Below, in pieces: positions 33,501 to 45,675 of a stretch of 64,000 nt of DNA; the first letter of the stretch is position 1, and each line of letters starts with the position of its first letter. The notes under the pieces were generated by a model, which saw only the letters and a program-made list of their open reading frames with translations, did not search any database and was not told the DNA's origin. The translations under genes and the position numbers were made by a program. The stretch is from Entomortierella parvispora E1425 (Eukaryota; Fungi; Mortierellomycota). The stretch is from positions 434,001 through 498,000 of the forward strand of contig BQFW01000010.1 in NCBI GenBank assembly GCA_020891255.1, given 5' to 3'.

Positions 33501-33635
33501 TGGGAAAACTTGCTCAATGTCCTCCCAGTAGATGACATGTTGCCCATTCAAATGGTCGCATGGGATATGCTCAACGTCCGTTGTCCCAAGCAAGCGAAAG
33601 GATTGAGTCACCTCGTCGTCGCCGTCCTCCACCAT
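30567..33635 (-). CDS. SEL1-like repeat protein, 5' part (header domain + linker + many SEL1 repeats), truncated by the MULE
   Basis: Exon 1 33635-33436 (MVEDGDDEVTQSFRLLGTTDVEHIPC...), intron 33435-33339, exon 2 from 33338 (RIVPHC...). Many AQxxLGxMYxxGxGVxQDxxKAxEWYxKAAxQG units. The present ORF stops at 30557, inside the TIR. Confidence 0.92.
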
Positions 33636-33952
33636 TGACGCAGGGGGGGCTCGCATGTCCTGAGATGAAAAGGCGAAGTAAAATAGAATTGTGTCCAGAG
33701 GGCGGGAAGAGAAGAAAGGTGCAAATTGTCGAGCCCGCTTTGCCACAGTTGATCCGCTCTTTTTTTTTTTCGCCCATGGTGGCACAGATGAGAAAAAGAG
33801 CATCTGGAAATATATACCCCTTAAACGGGTGCTTGTTGGATCGAGCATGAGTTTGTCAATCTCTTGGACAGAAACCGTCGTTTGTCAAGGGAAAGACTCA
33901 GTCTTTCGAGCTGGGGCTTTATTTAGATTGCTATTGAAGCAGAGAGATCCAT

Positions 33953-35290
33953 TCAAGAGATCTTGCTTACGTTGCTCTGGCCTATTCCGTCCTTTGGTGA
34001 ATGGCGCGCTGTTTTGACAACTGTGGATGTCTCCTGCGGAACACCTGCGCCCTCCTCAAAGGCAATGCCCACGAGAAACTGAGAGAGAGAATCCCCTTGA
34101 TTAACTGACGATAACCACCTCTGGACTTTGGCGGGTATGCTTTCTGGAACCTGGTTTCTATGCTGGCGAGAATCAGACGCAGAAGTCATGATGTCTTCGG
34201 TTTTGAGCGCTGCTTCTTGGGGTTTGATAGTTTCGGCGCCGTCTTTCTCGATTGATCCACTCCCTAGGTGAAGATTAGCGGAGCTGGCGATCGTCTGGTG
34301 TAGCTCTATAGCCTTCAGGTAGTCCTGTGGAACTCCTATTCCTGTCTCATACATATAAGCCAATTGGTACTGGGCATCGGTGTTTTCTTAACAACATCCT
34401 TCTCCCCGAGAAGACTAGATTCCTTTGCACCAGAAGAGAAACCCACCTCATATCTTATCATTCCAATTCTTCTTCAAAGGAGGTGTGAACATAGCTACCC
34501 TGACGTATGTCTTCTTGAATTTTCATGAACTGGCTCTGGATGGCCTTCTTTCTCTCTCTTTTTTTTTTTTTTTTTTTTCTGCTGAGGGATCAAATTGCTG
34601 CATGCTGTGGAATATTTATTGCGATCTGGCAGCGACCGTCCCAAAGATCCGTCCAGTAGAACCTTTTTTCCTCTCTGGTACGACTTTGAGACTTTGATGC
34701 TCCTCTCTAAACTGACAAGACGGATGCGGGCTAGAACATGTCCCTGATCAGCCGATTTCGTGTACCAATCCCTGGCTTGTGGAAGATCTGTTGGGGTCCC
34801 TCTCCCTTCTTCGAATATTACCCCTAGTCGGTATTGAGAAAACTCGTCAACTCACCTCCTTGCAGAGCCGCCTTTGTATACCACTCAATGGCGTTAACAT
34901 GTGAGACCATCCTACCTTCCTCATAAAGGACTACCAAGCTCGCCTGAGCAGTGCTGTATCAATGGATAGGCGCCTTCAAATACCACGACCCAGCTTTGAT
35001 GAAATTTGGTTGCCCACCTTTACCAGTCTCGTACATCCTGCCCAAAAGAAACATTGCATCCTCATCGCCTTGATATGCGGCCTCTCTATACCACTTCATT
35101 GATCTCAAATCATCTTGAGGGGGCCCCTTTCCCATCTCGTAGAGATCGCCTATCCTGCACTGAGCAGTGGTGTATCCTTGATCTGCCGCCCTCAAGTACC
35201 ATCTGACAGCCTCCATGTAGTCCTGGGGAGTCTCTCTGCCTTCCTCGTATAATACACCCATAAGGTACTGAGAAAAAAAAAAAAAAAAAA
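33953..35290 (-). pseudogene. Decayed SEL1-repeat gene
   Basis: SEL1 repeats in several frames (QYLMGVLYEEGRETPQDYMEAVRWY; AQYQLAYMYETGIGVPQDY); in-frame TGA at 34959-34961 inside a repeat (IH*YSTAQ) plus frameshifts; no clear 5' end. Confidence 0.75.
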
Positions 35291-35416
35291 AAAGGTACTG
35301 CCCTATGCAGAACGATTTGGGCCCTCGCTCCCTTTGATCGCTGAGATGCACGGTTGCACAAGGTAAAATTGTCTGCGTGTTTATTGAACGTAGAGATCAC
35401 AAACTTATCGGATCAT

Positions 35417-36908
35417 TCACTCCCAAGTCTCTTGCCATCCGACGCCCTCGTGCTCCCAGTGGCCCTTCAAATCCAGTGAGATCTGCGCAGTATTCAATAG
35501 GACCTGCGAAAACGAGTCCTCGGCACCGAAAAGAAGGTCACCCAGGGCGCATGAACGCACCACTTTGGTGACATGGACCTCGTCAATGTCAATGGCGCGC
35601 TTGATGATGGAAAGCCAAGGGTTGGACGCGTCCAACACATGCTTTCCGCGGTAGTTCACCAAAGCTTCGACATCAATGGGAGGACGTCCGCGTGAAATAT
35701 AGTACGCAAGACTTGCTCCAAGATGCGACTTGAGACACGAAACGGCGTGGGCTGGGGGGAGCGCATGGGCAAGTTTGTGCACAAACAGAACCGAGGTCAA
35801 AGCGTGCATCCTACAGTGACGGTCAGTTGTTTGACAAAAGTCAGCTACATCCTGAGAAAGGAGTACCTTCCCAAAGTTCACTTCTACTTACAAGAAAAAG
35901 TCTTGCTTCACTTTTCCATGGCGGAGTCCAGTGCCACCGACGGCCAAAGCACATGCCTTGTATAACTCCTTCGACTTAAGATCGATGTCCTCAGCAGTTT
36001 CTGATCATGGAAGAAAAAAAAACCAGAAAAAAAAAGGAACAACATTTAGCCATTACTGAAATCCGGGTTTTCAGTTCACTTACTTGCATGCTTTTTCAAT
36101 GGACTCAGGGGCACCCACCTTCAACATGCCATTTCGAGAGGAGGTCCTGGATCTTTGAGGCAGCCACTTTGCTCTTGGCGACATCCATGGTCTTGTTGGC
36201 CTCAGGATAGGAAGTGATGTTGTCCAACTCGCGATCTTCTCGAATGGCAGTCAAAATATCTACAATGGACTTTGAAGACGAGGTGTCGGAGATTGATAGC
36301 TGGGAAGCTATCTTGTTCGTCACCTTTTCAACCTTCGAAGCAGGCTCTACAATGAAGGGAGACATCATAGTTGAAGTGACCATCATCATTGCCAAGCCTT
36401 CTGCAACAACGGCGTCAATTCCAAGATCAACACCATAACCGAGATGGATGAGTGGATGAAAAGCGCCAGAGAAGGTCCTGCTGATCACGTCGGTGTCAAA
36501 GCCATACTTGACAATAGACTCCACACGACCGAGTTTCGAGACCTCTTGACGGAAGAACTCCAAGTAGGAGGCGTAGAACTCTTTGTTGCCAACCTCGGAT
36601 TTCCAATCAGCAGAATTAAAAGTCTTTTTAACGGGGCCGATCGGACGTTGATCCACCGCGTGGCTCTCATACACGGCCTTCAGTCGTTCGGGGGACGCCC
36701 CAAGGGAGTAGGTGGCAAGAACGCCATGAATCAAGTGGTTATGAAACCCTTTCTCGTTGAAGAAGCAGTGATACTTGACGTGGTTCTCCTCAACCAGTTC
36801 AGCAACAGTCTCCCTGGCCTGCCTGGTGATTCCAGGAAGGGCCAGGGAGATGTTTTTGGATGGGATCTGTGGGATAAAGATCTTCTTGGATGCAGATAAT
36901 GTTGTCAT
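35417..36908 (-). CDS. Questin oxidase / HypA / AflY-like oxidoreductase (DUF4243 family), 3 exons
   Basis: FFNEKGFHNHLIHGVLATYSLGAS; FSGAFHPLIHLGYG; spliced DFFL|MHALTS; introns ~36108-36001 and ~35890-35810. Confidence 0.88.
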
Positions 36909-37524
36909 GTTGGATGGGTGTGTGAGTGCGTGGAGGAAAGTAAAGATGTGAACAAAGTGTGGGGAAAAAAAGCGCAGTTCGGAGAGACGTGAGAAGTGGA
37001 GGTGTGAGAAAAAAAAAGACCGTGCTTTTTTTTTAATTTTTGTATGATTGACCGCATACGTCAGTGGGCGGGATTACTGCTACGCGTTGACCAATTAAAT
37101 TCAAGGCACATGCCTCCCTCGGATCCTACGTGGAGAACTCATCTTTTAGCTGTCGCTTTCCTTTCGAGGACCGAATTGCTTCGCAACTTGAAAGAACATC
37201 GGGTGCACATGCACACCCACGGAGCCCAATTGAAAGAGACAGAATGACCTCTTCACGTCCTCGGGGATGACGATCAGTTGACCCAAAGAAATTTGCCTCT
37301 ATAAAGGGCTCTGACACAAAAATTTCGTGGTTCTTGCGCTGGGACCACTCAGGAAATCCGTCTCTGGATGGCACTTGGCCCGTCAGGTCTTTCGTCTGTG
37401 CCACCAAATCGAGGCGCTATCCATGGGCCATAGCATCGCCTGCTGCGCTTCCCTTCGTTCATTCGTTTATTCATGGTGTCAACTTTTTATTATTGGGGTG
37501 TAGGTGGATCCCGCTCTATATACA

Positions 37525-38629
37525 TCATTTATCTTTTCGACCATCCTTGGGTACGGGGGAAGACTGCAGTGGTGGTTGCTGCTGCTGTTGAGGAGGCATC
37601 GATCCAGACCAGTAACCACCCTCACCATACTGTCCTGGGGGAGGAGGAGGAGGTCCCCCTTGGTAATGCATCGCCATGGGATTGGGATAGTATGAAGGTG
37701 GGAAAGGAATGTGGCTGTAAGGAGGAGGGTACGCGGGGACACTCACGGCCGATGAAGATCCGTAGCCTCCTGGACCTGCTCCAGTGGGGTGTCCTGGCAT
37801 TGAGCGCATGGGTGGTTGTTGTTGTTGCTGCTGTCCTTGTTGTGGTGGGTAAGAGTGGTTTGGATGTTGAGGGGGAGACGATGATGGTGCAGAGCTGGCT
37901 CCAGGCGCTGAAGACGAGGCCTCCTCTTGGTGTCCTGTTGATGGTGAAGTACCTCTCGAGTCGTTGTCTGCAGCAGGATCCTATTAACGCAATCACAGAA
38001 CGAACTGGCATGAGTTATTTGCTTCGCGTTAAACAAATAAGAAAAAATATAGGTCACTCACAGGGGTTGGCTCTTTGTCGGGAGCATGCAAGCACGCCTG
38101 AATTAGGTTCTTGCCCTCAGATTTCGTCACCAACGGCTGCAACTTTGGAGTCGTAAAGGTATAGACGAGTCCAGTCTCGGAGACGACCAACAGCAAAACC
38201 TGCGTTCCCGTCAATGTGCTCAGCTCGTAAGCCTGCCAGAGAGAATCATGTTAGCCTTTGGGTCACATTCATTCAACAGTTATAGAGACCCCTGGTTCTT
38301 TGTTTTCTTGTTATCTTTGACACCCGTACCTTCTTCATGATGCCCGACTTTCGTTTGGAGAAGGTGATGTGTCTTCTGCTTTTGTCCTCAATGTATTCAA
38401 TCTTAATCTTTCGTCGGCCAGTCCGTTTGTTGCCGCCCTTGGCTCCATCTTCATCATCGTCATCATCATCGTCTTCGTCGCCATCGCCATGAACTTGCTT
38501 GAACTTTTTATCCAAGTGGTCGTCATCACCGCCACCTCCAACGTTTCCACTGGCTGACTTGACACCACCTGGTGCGGCGCCAAGGTTGCCATTGGTTTGT
38601 GATTCGTCGATGGATCGTTTCGTGGTCAT
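37525..38629 (-). CDS. MCM1: SRF-type MADS-box transcription factor (Mcm1-like), 3 exons
   Basis: GRRKIKIEYIEDKSRRHITFSKRKSGIMKK|AYELSTLTGTQVLLLVVSETGLVYTFTTPKLQPLV; exons 38629-38330, 38232-38062 and 37980-37525; Q/P-rich tail. Confidence 0.95.
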
Positions 38630-41073
38630 TGTATCGTTTGCTTCCACTGTTTGCTTTTGCTTGTGCTAGTGCTTTTTGAAGATGGAAGTGAAATGAACAG
38701 AGTTAAGATGTGTGGTACCAGATCTTGTGGGGTCTGTGTCTTTTTGAGTGTCAAGAGCAGGGATCTGTGCAAGAATGACGGTAGCTTACCTTTTACGTCC
38801 TATTGTTTGGGAAGAAGTTTTTTTTCCTGTCGCGATATTGTTTTGGGACAAAAATGAAATCTGAAAATACGGGAAAGGATGTAGGTCAAGGAGGATGTCG
38901 CAGTCAGTTTTACAAATGAGGAAGCAAAGAGAGGGAAAGGAAATAAGTGGATAGAGAGAGAGAATGGGTGGGAGGGGAAGGGAGGAGGCAGGGGAAAAGG
39001 AAAGAGGCAAGATGCAGGTGAAGCTAAATCCCGTTCATTTTCCATTGTGGATCACAGTGTTCCAGTTTTGCCATGTTCCCTCTCTTCCCTTCTTGTCTTC
39101 ATTCCCCCCTTTTCCCAGTTCTCTTTGCCCTCCCGAACGGCCAAAGGAACGTCAAGTCGACCAGAGGGAAAAACAAGGAACAAAGATGAATCCCATGGAT
39201 GCCCCTTCTAGTGCTTCTTTGGGCAAAGAGAGACAATGGCGCAGAACCAACAAACAAAGCCAAAGATGAATAAAAATAAACAATTTTCTCACAACGCAAA
39301 GTTTAAAAGCGGTGACAAAGTCGGTCCGGTGCAGCAAGCAAAAAAAACTGGGATCACCTTCTTTCGCCGCAGGACCTGTTCTTTCCGTCATCTCTCGATC
39401 GTGGCAGCCCTAGTCCCATTGACGAGAATAACAAGAGCCAGATACTCTGGAATACCACAAACGAGGTAGCCGCAGCCTGAGGGAGAGACTCGAATCTCGG
39501 TCCCAGGCTATCTCGGACACGCGCGGAGAGCCAACGAAAATAAAATAAAAAAAAATTTGAAAAAGGAAGGTCCGGAAACATCCTTTCGTGGAATCATGGA
39601 AAGCCACGAATCCAACCCGCTGGGCCCCTAGACTGACTCTTTTTTTTTCTCTCTCTCCCTCTCTCTAAGTGAAGGGGGAAGGGGAAGCAAGGATTGACAA
39701 CCTAAGGCAGTCGATGTCAAGGTCAATTGCCATCAACCCTTGGATGTCATCGATGATGCCGTTTGTTGTTATTGTTGTTGTTGTTGTCGCCGTTGTTGGT
39801 GTTGCTGTTGCAGTCGAGTTGCAGAAGCACGCCAATGACGCACATGACCCATAAAAAAACCAGCGCATGTCTCACAACCTGCACATCCGCCATCATCCTT
39901 GATGCATGCAATGTTCGCTCTGATGACTTGAGGACAACACTCCTAGTTGCATTCCCATGGCTGTTATTCACGTAGGGATTGTTGCGAATGAAAAATAAAC
40001 AACACTCCTGATACAAGTGTGACCATGTTGGGGGGCTGCCTTGGACACTGGATGAGCAAGATCGGAGCCCCATGAGGGAAGGATGAGCGGCAGGGATGGA
40101 TGCTTCGATGGCCCTTCTCTCTCATTAGGCTAGCATTGGCATTGAGAATTGTCATCCCAATCGAGACATGGCCTTCAACGAACGTACCGTAAAAGGAAGT
40201 GGTGAATTGCCTCTTCGAGAAACGGAGTTTTGTGTTTTTTGCGTTGTGCGAAGATGGGACAAAAGAGAGAGAGAGAGACACTCTTTTTTGCCAGGCCAGA
40301 AGAGCACGTGACGCGAACCCTTCGCAGTTTTTTCACTTTTTCACTCGAGTTGAAACTTGAAACGCATATATAGATAGTGGGTGCAAGAGACGATATGGTT
40401 GCAAGAGATGAGAGTAAGATGCAAGAGATGAGATAGACGAGAAACGAAAAACGAGAGTCGAGAGTCCCTCCCTGCCTTTTTTTTTTCCCGGAAAGAAAGT
40501 GCTTACCGAGAAAGAAGAGAGTTGCTGCAATATAGGTGACAGAGCTGATTGGCTCTGGTTCGCCATTGCAGGCGCGTCTCAACGCGATTAAATTTATGAG
40601 GTCCACATTGCTGCTGAGGCTCAAAGGCGTTTGCCTCTTACAAGGGGAAAACTAAGTAATCCCCATCTCTTCGTGCGGCTTTTGCTATTTGCTTTAGTGG
40701 GTTCAGTAGATACAGAGGGGGCAGGGCACGGTAGACAGTCCTGAGCAGGCTCGTCTCCCCTGAGGTAAGACGGATCGGACTCCTGCAAGCCAGAAATTCA
40801 ATTCTTCATGGGTAAAAATAAAAGCTTAGGGAGCGAACGATATGACCACCCAGAATTACAAAACTGGAAGATCATCAAGTGAACCTACTGAATCGCTGCT
40901 AGATGGATTCTGGATACTTGGATAATTTGTTTGATACTGACCACACCGACAAAAAGAGGTCGCGTCATGAAGGCGATGAAAGCGATGCAGACCAGGAAAT
41001 GTGATCCGTCGGTTCCCTCATTCACAACAATATCGCAAGACATGTTTAATATGGTACCAATTACATCTAAGTT

Positions 41074-42557
41074 CTAGAGCTCGGACTGCGGTGCAAGAAG
41101 CTGATAGTCCTCGGTTCTCTTATGATCACTGACCATCCTTTCCTTTCTCCATATAGGAGGCGTCAGGTTGTACTTGAGTGCCAGAAGCAACCTGCGAGCC
41201 CTGCGACTCTTGATATAAACGACGACCACCGTGAGGGCTGCAAAGATACCCAAGACCACCAAGGCAATAATCCACCAATAAAACTCGGCGACCCAGCTGT
41301 TATATCCCCACTTCCTGAAGTAGCAAGTCGTGTCTGGCCCAATGACCTTGTCGGGAGTTAGCTGATACGTCCCCTCAGTCATGTCGTGCGCTAGTTTGCA
41401 AATGCCACAACGAGCTCCCCGATCGTCTGGTCCCCAGGTTCCCTGAGGGACATCGAAGGTCTCTAGCAATCTTGGATTAAGCAAAGATTCAACAGGATTG
41501 GCGGGATCCTTGTAGTCCAAGTACTTCAAGTAAGCGGCGTCGTCCTGGTCCAGTTGATGAATGCGGAGAGCGAGTTGTTCCGGTGTTGCAAAGTCATCCA
41601 CGCGTATAGAGGAGTGGTTAGTTGCCAGGAAACGAGAGTAGTCTTTGGGTCCGTCCAGGATAGGAACTACTCCTACTGTGTAGGGGCGTTCGATTTTTTC
41701 GGTAACGTAATCGTCGCAATTGGAGTTCTCGATGCTGAGATAAAACTTGTACCGTGCCACGACCTCGCGATCTGTGAACGGTGATCCATCTTTAAAAAGA
41801 AAAGGGTTGCGGGAAAAATCGAATTTAGTCCGCGGTACATAGAGGAAAAAAAGAAGAAAAGGGGTAAAAGCTGCTTACTTGGATGAACCGGCCACTCCTT
41901 GTTCCTCATGCAGTGACCATAGATGTCGATATTGATGTACTTCACCAGTTGCTTGATATAAAAGTGGCGTCCGTTTCCTGACGTACAACTACTCACAACC
42001 CATGCGATGGGGGCAATTTCTTCCCTAAATTCGTTCTTTTCCTGAATGGTGTAAGCTGGCTTGGAGAGAACGTTGTCGAGAAATGACCCTGGTCCTCTTC
42101 CTGCTTCGAAATATGTCGCCGTAAAGTCTGCGTTGAATGAGTAGGACCACAAGTGGGTAAAGATACCAGTCCACTCTGATTTGATCTGGAAGGACTTTGG
42201 CGACTCGACTTGATAGGCAGTGAGTTGTTAAGATCTAATCGATAAGTGGCTTCTTCCCGATATCTGTCTTCAGTAGTATGCTCACTTACGAGTGTTGAGG
42301 ATAAGAGCCTTCTTTCCCGACTTGACATCAAGACGATTAGGAACATCGTTTGGTTTGAAGCTGGATGCGTGGATGATAACGACCTTGGACTCATCATACT
42401 TGGCCTTGTCCAAAGTAAATCTACAGGTATAGGGTAGGCCACAGTAATCGACAACCTTGCCTTCCTCAATTCTCGAACGGAACCATTCCGTCCACCAGAG
42501 AAGAGGGTATTCCTTTGTCTCCTGTCGTTCCTGCAAAGCGCTACTGATTTGTTCCAT
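41074..42557 (-). CDS. Alpha-1,3/4-fucosyltransferase (GT10), copy A, 3 coding exons; N-terminus uncertain
   Basis: LLWWTEWF...YCGLPYTCRFT; NT|LESP; IAWVVSSC...GRHFYIKQL...IDIYGHC; GT10 motif YKFYLSIENSNCDDYVTEKI; C-terminal hydrophobic helix. Confidence 0.88.
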
Positions 42558-42829
42558 GGCAATTGATGATGATTGAAAAAGCGATTTTTTTGGCGGAGAT
42601 GGACAATCGACCTTGGTCACCTGACCCAAAGGTGGCGCACTGCCTATTTCTGTCGCGCTGCACAAGTGAGCAAAAAAAATAATTTGAGGAAAGTTGCAGA
42701 TGCCGTTTTTCCAGAAGTTTCTATCTGTCGCTCGGTCCAGCAACTTTTAGAAGTTCCGGGGCAATAGGTGTTGCCGACGCGACTGTTCGTATCATCTGCC
42801 TGATGTGTCTATTTGTCGTCCGATGCACT

Positions 42830-43985
42830 TACAACTACAGTCTCTAGCAACCTGTGAGAAGTGTCAAAGGAACAAAGGATCACAGGAGAGACCCGCGGGA
42901 CTGTTGCAGCCTCTCCCTATTCTGTCACAACGATGGGAGGTCGTCATCATGGATTTTATTGGCTCTCTCCCTCCTACAGATCGGAAATTCGATGCCATCA
43001 CAGTGTTTGTCGACAAGCTCACCAAGCTCGCACACTTTGTCCCCAGCACTATCTCAGCTACAGCCGTCGACGTCGCACACCGCTTCTTCGATAACATCTT
43101 CAAGCTGCATGGTCTACCCGCGTTCATCATCTCGGACCGCGACACTCGCTTTACTAGCAGGTTCTGGCAGGAGTTGCACAAGTTGTTGGATGTCAAGCTG
43201 GCGTTGTCAACAGCTTACCACCCACAGACAGATGGACAGACGGAGGTTATGAACAAGACGTTGAAGACTATGTTGCGGGCTTTTATTGGTTGCAGTCGAA
43301 CTGGGACCAGCTTCTTCCGTCGCTAGAGCTTGCATACAACAACGCCGTCAATGCTTCCACCGGATATTCGCCGTTCTTCCTCAACTCTGGTCAGCACCCT
43401 CGCCTCCCCATCGTACTCCTCGGCACACCCACCAGCTCAGTACCCGCAAGTACCCGCTGTCGACAACTTTTTGACAGAGCAGACAACGACTCTCGCCCTT
43501 GCGCAGGATGCTTTGCAGCGTGCTCAGGACCACCAAGAGGAACAGGCAAACAAGCGATGGCGGATCACAAGTACAAAGTTGGTGATAAGATCCTGTTACG
43601 TGCCACCAACATTACCATCCAGGCCGACAGTGTCAGACCAGCCGATAAGTTGCGTCCTCAGTTCTTTGGTCCTTTCACACTGTTGGAGCAGCACTCACAT
43701 GCCACCTTCCGCGTCGAGCTGCCACCGTTCTACAAGATTCACGACGTCTTCCCTGTCGATACTTTCCCCCCTATTTGCCGTCCCCTGAATCACTTGGCAC
43801 TCGGGTCGCAGCACCTCCCGACACCTCACTGATCGACGGCGAAGAAGAGTTCGAGGTGGGCGAAATTTTAAAGTACCGCTTCTACCGCAGACAACACCAA
43901 TTCTTGGTCTCATTCAAGGGTTACGGCAAAGAAGCCGACGAGTGGCTTCCAATGAGCAACTTGGACAATTGCATGGACATGGTCA
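42830..43985 (+). mobile_element. Ty3/gypsy (chromovirus) relic: integrase core, GPF motif and chromodomain, frameshifted; no gag, RT or LTR seen
   Basis: CEKCQRNK; MDFI...SDRD...HPQTDGQTEVMN (DDE); WDQLLPSLELAYN; FFGPF; EFEVGEIL...FLVSFKGYGKEADEWLP; about four frame changes. Confidence 0.92.
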
Positions 43986-44040
43986 CTGGGAATTCCTGGT
44001 CACTGCCTGTAAGCAGCAGCATGGTACATGTCATGTCGCA

Positions 44041-44675
44041 ACGCCCTCCCAATTCAGTGAGCATGATACAGTACAGAAGCAAATCCCTCAAAAAATCCAT
44101 ATCAGCACAACCTGAAAGTCGAAACGCCCTCTTCCTAATTCAGTGAGCATGATACACTACAGAAGCAAATCCCTCAAAAAATCCATATCAGCACAACCTG
44201 AAAGTCGAAACGCCCTCTTCCTAATTCAGTGAACATGAGACAGAAGCTTGCGAATGGAATCCCTGGGAAAATCCTTGTCGGCATAACCTAAAAGTCGCAA
44301 CGCCCTCTTCCCAATTCAGTGAGCATGATACACTACAGAAGCAAATCCCTCAAAAAATCCATATCAGCACAACCTGAAAGTCGAAACGCCCTCTTCCTAA
44401 TTCAGTGAACATGAGACAGAAGCTTGCGAATGGAATCCCTGGGAAAATCCTTGTCGGCATAACCTAAAAGTCGCAACGCCCTCTTCCCAATTCAGTGAGC
44501 ATGATACAGTACAGAAGCAAATCCCTCAAAAAATCCATATCGGCACAACCTGAAAGTCGAAACGCCCTCTTCCCAATTCAGTGAACATGATTTACAGAAG
44601 CTTGCGAATGGAATCCCTGGGAAAATCCTTGTCTGCACAACCTAAAAGTCGCAGCGCCCTCCTCCCGATTCAGTG
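44041..44675. repeat. Tandem array of related 86-bp (A) and 90-92-bp (B) monomers arranged A-A-B-A-B-A-B
   Basis: Monomers start ACGCCCTC(TT)CC(C/T)AATTCAGTGA at 44041, 44124, 44210, 44300, 44386, 44476 and 44562, with a partial copy at 44654. Confidence 0.95.
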
Positions 44676-45493
44676 TTGGACTTTGTATGTGATACCTGTG
44701 TCAATGCATGTTGGGTTAATGTCGAAATGTCGAAATGATTTCACCAAAACTCGTTTTCGCCGGTTACAATCACTATGACAGCGCACATGGCATGAAATCC
44801 ACATTGACCGAAAAATTTCAGTCGACGCAGTCGTGGTATGCATGCGTTTTCCTAGCAGGTAGGACGGCAGTCCACCTTTTTTTAATGACTAATTGATGAT
44901 CCACTTTTTTTAAAAAAAAGAGTTCTTTTTTGCTCACAGACCCCAGGACAGGAGAGAAACGGCCGACCTTCTTCTCAATCTGTTACCAGGCGTGTCCATT
45001 GGTTCGCGATGCCACACTACTGTACTGCATCCGCGGGACCCGGGACTATCACACTGGTCTGTGAGCAAAACTAAACTCTAAAAAAGCGACTGGACAAACG
45101 GCAAACCCAGCTAGCCATGCTCTTGCATGTTTGTCTTCTAGGGCGTTGTCTGCATATTGTTCTGAATTTTGACCATTGTTCGACCAAGTACTGTATCTTT
45201 TGTACAGTGCAGTACAATACAGTATGTACTGTAGATTGGAAAACGACAAGTAAACAGCGGTCCTTGGTTGCTTTCAATGAAACAAGTGGAAGAGCGATGA
45301 TGATAAGGGCGCGGGGAAGCGGATAAAGGCACAGGACGGGAGCTGTAGTACAGACCGGCAAGGAGACATTCACGAGTAGTAGGTACTGATGTAAAGAGAT
45401 GTCTTGGAATTGCCTTGAAACATTCCTGGCTCAGAAAAACAATCATGCGGCTTCAAATCAGGAAGGAAACTCAGGCTGTCATTCTGTGGTAAG

Positions 45494-45500
45494 TATAAAT
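45494..45500 (+). promoter_or_regulatory. Putative TATA box of the small secreted protein gene
   Basis: TATAAAT ~65 bp upstream of a GTAAGT donor (45561) whose acceptor (CTATAG, 45674) lies just before the ATG at 45676. Confidence 0.45.
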
Positions 45501-45675
45501 ATCTCAAGGACTTCGACGATTTCCCCTACATTCCTCAGATAACTTCATCCTCCAAACCAAGTAAGTGACTTTCTGCGCAAAGACAATGTCTGGCAGCTGT
45601 CTGCCTATAGATTCCAGAACATCATACAATACACTTGCACTAAACATGACCTTCAAAATTCCCCCGCGCTATAGA

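Noticed and set aside
30567-33635. Bacterial horizontal origin of the SEL1 gene
   Set aside because: Cannot be judged without phylogeny; the gene has a spliceosomal intron and no compositional anomaly was apparent by eye.
38650-41050. Short ORFs upstream of MCM1
   Set aside because: Simple repeats (GTT/GA) and no protein motifs; probably a long regulatory region.
44041-44675. CRISPR-like array
   Set aside because: No unique spacers; whole monomers repeat; eukaryotic context with no cas genes.
42770-45000. LTRs, PBS or PPT for the gypsy relic
   Set aside because: No direct-repeat pair or convincing polypurine tract found; treated as a fragment.
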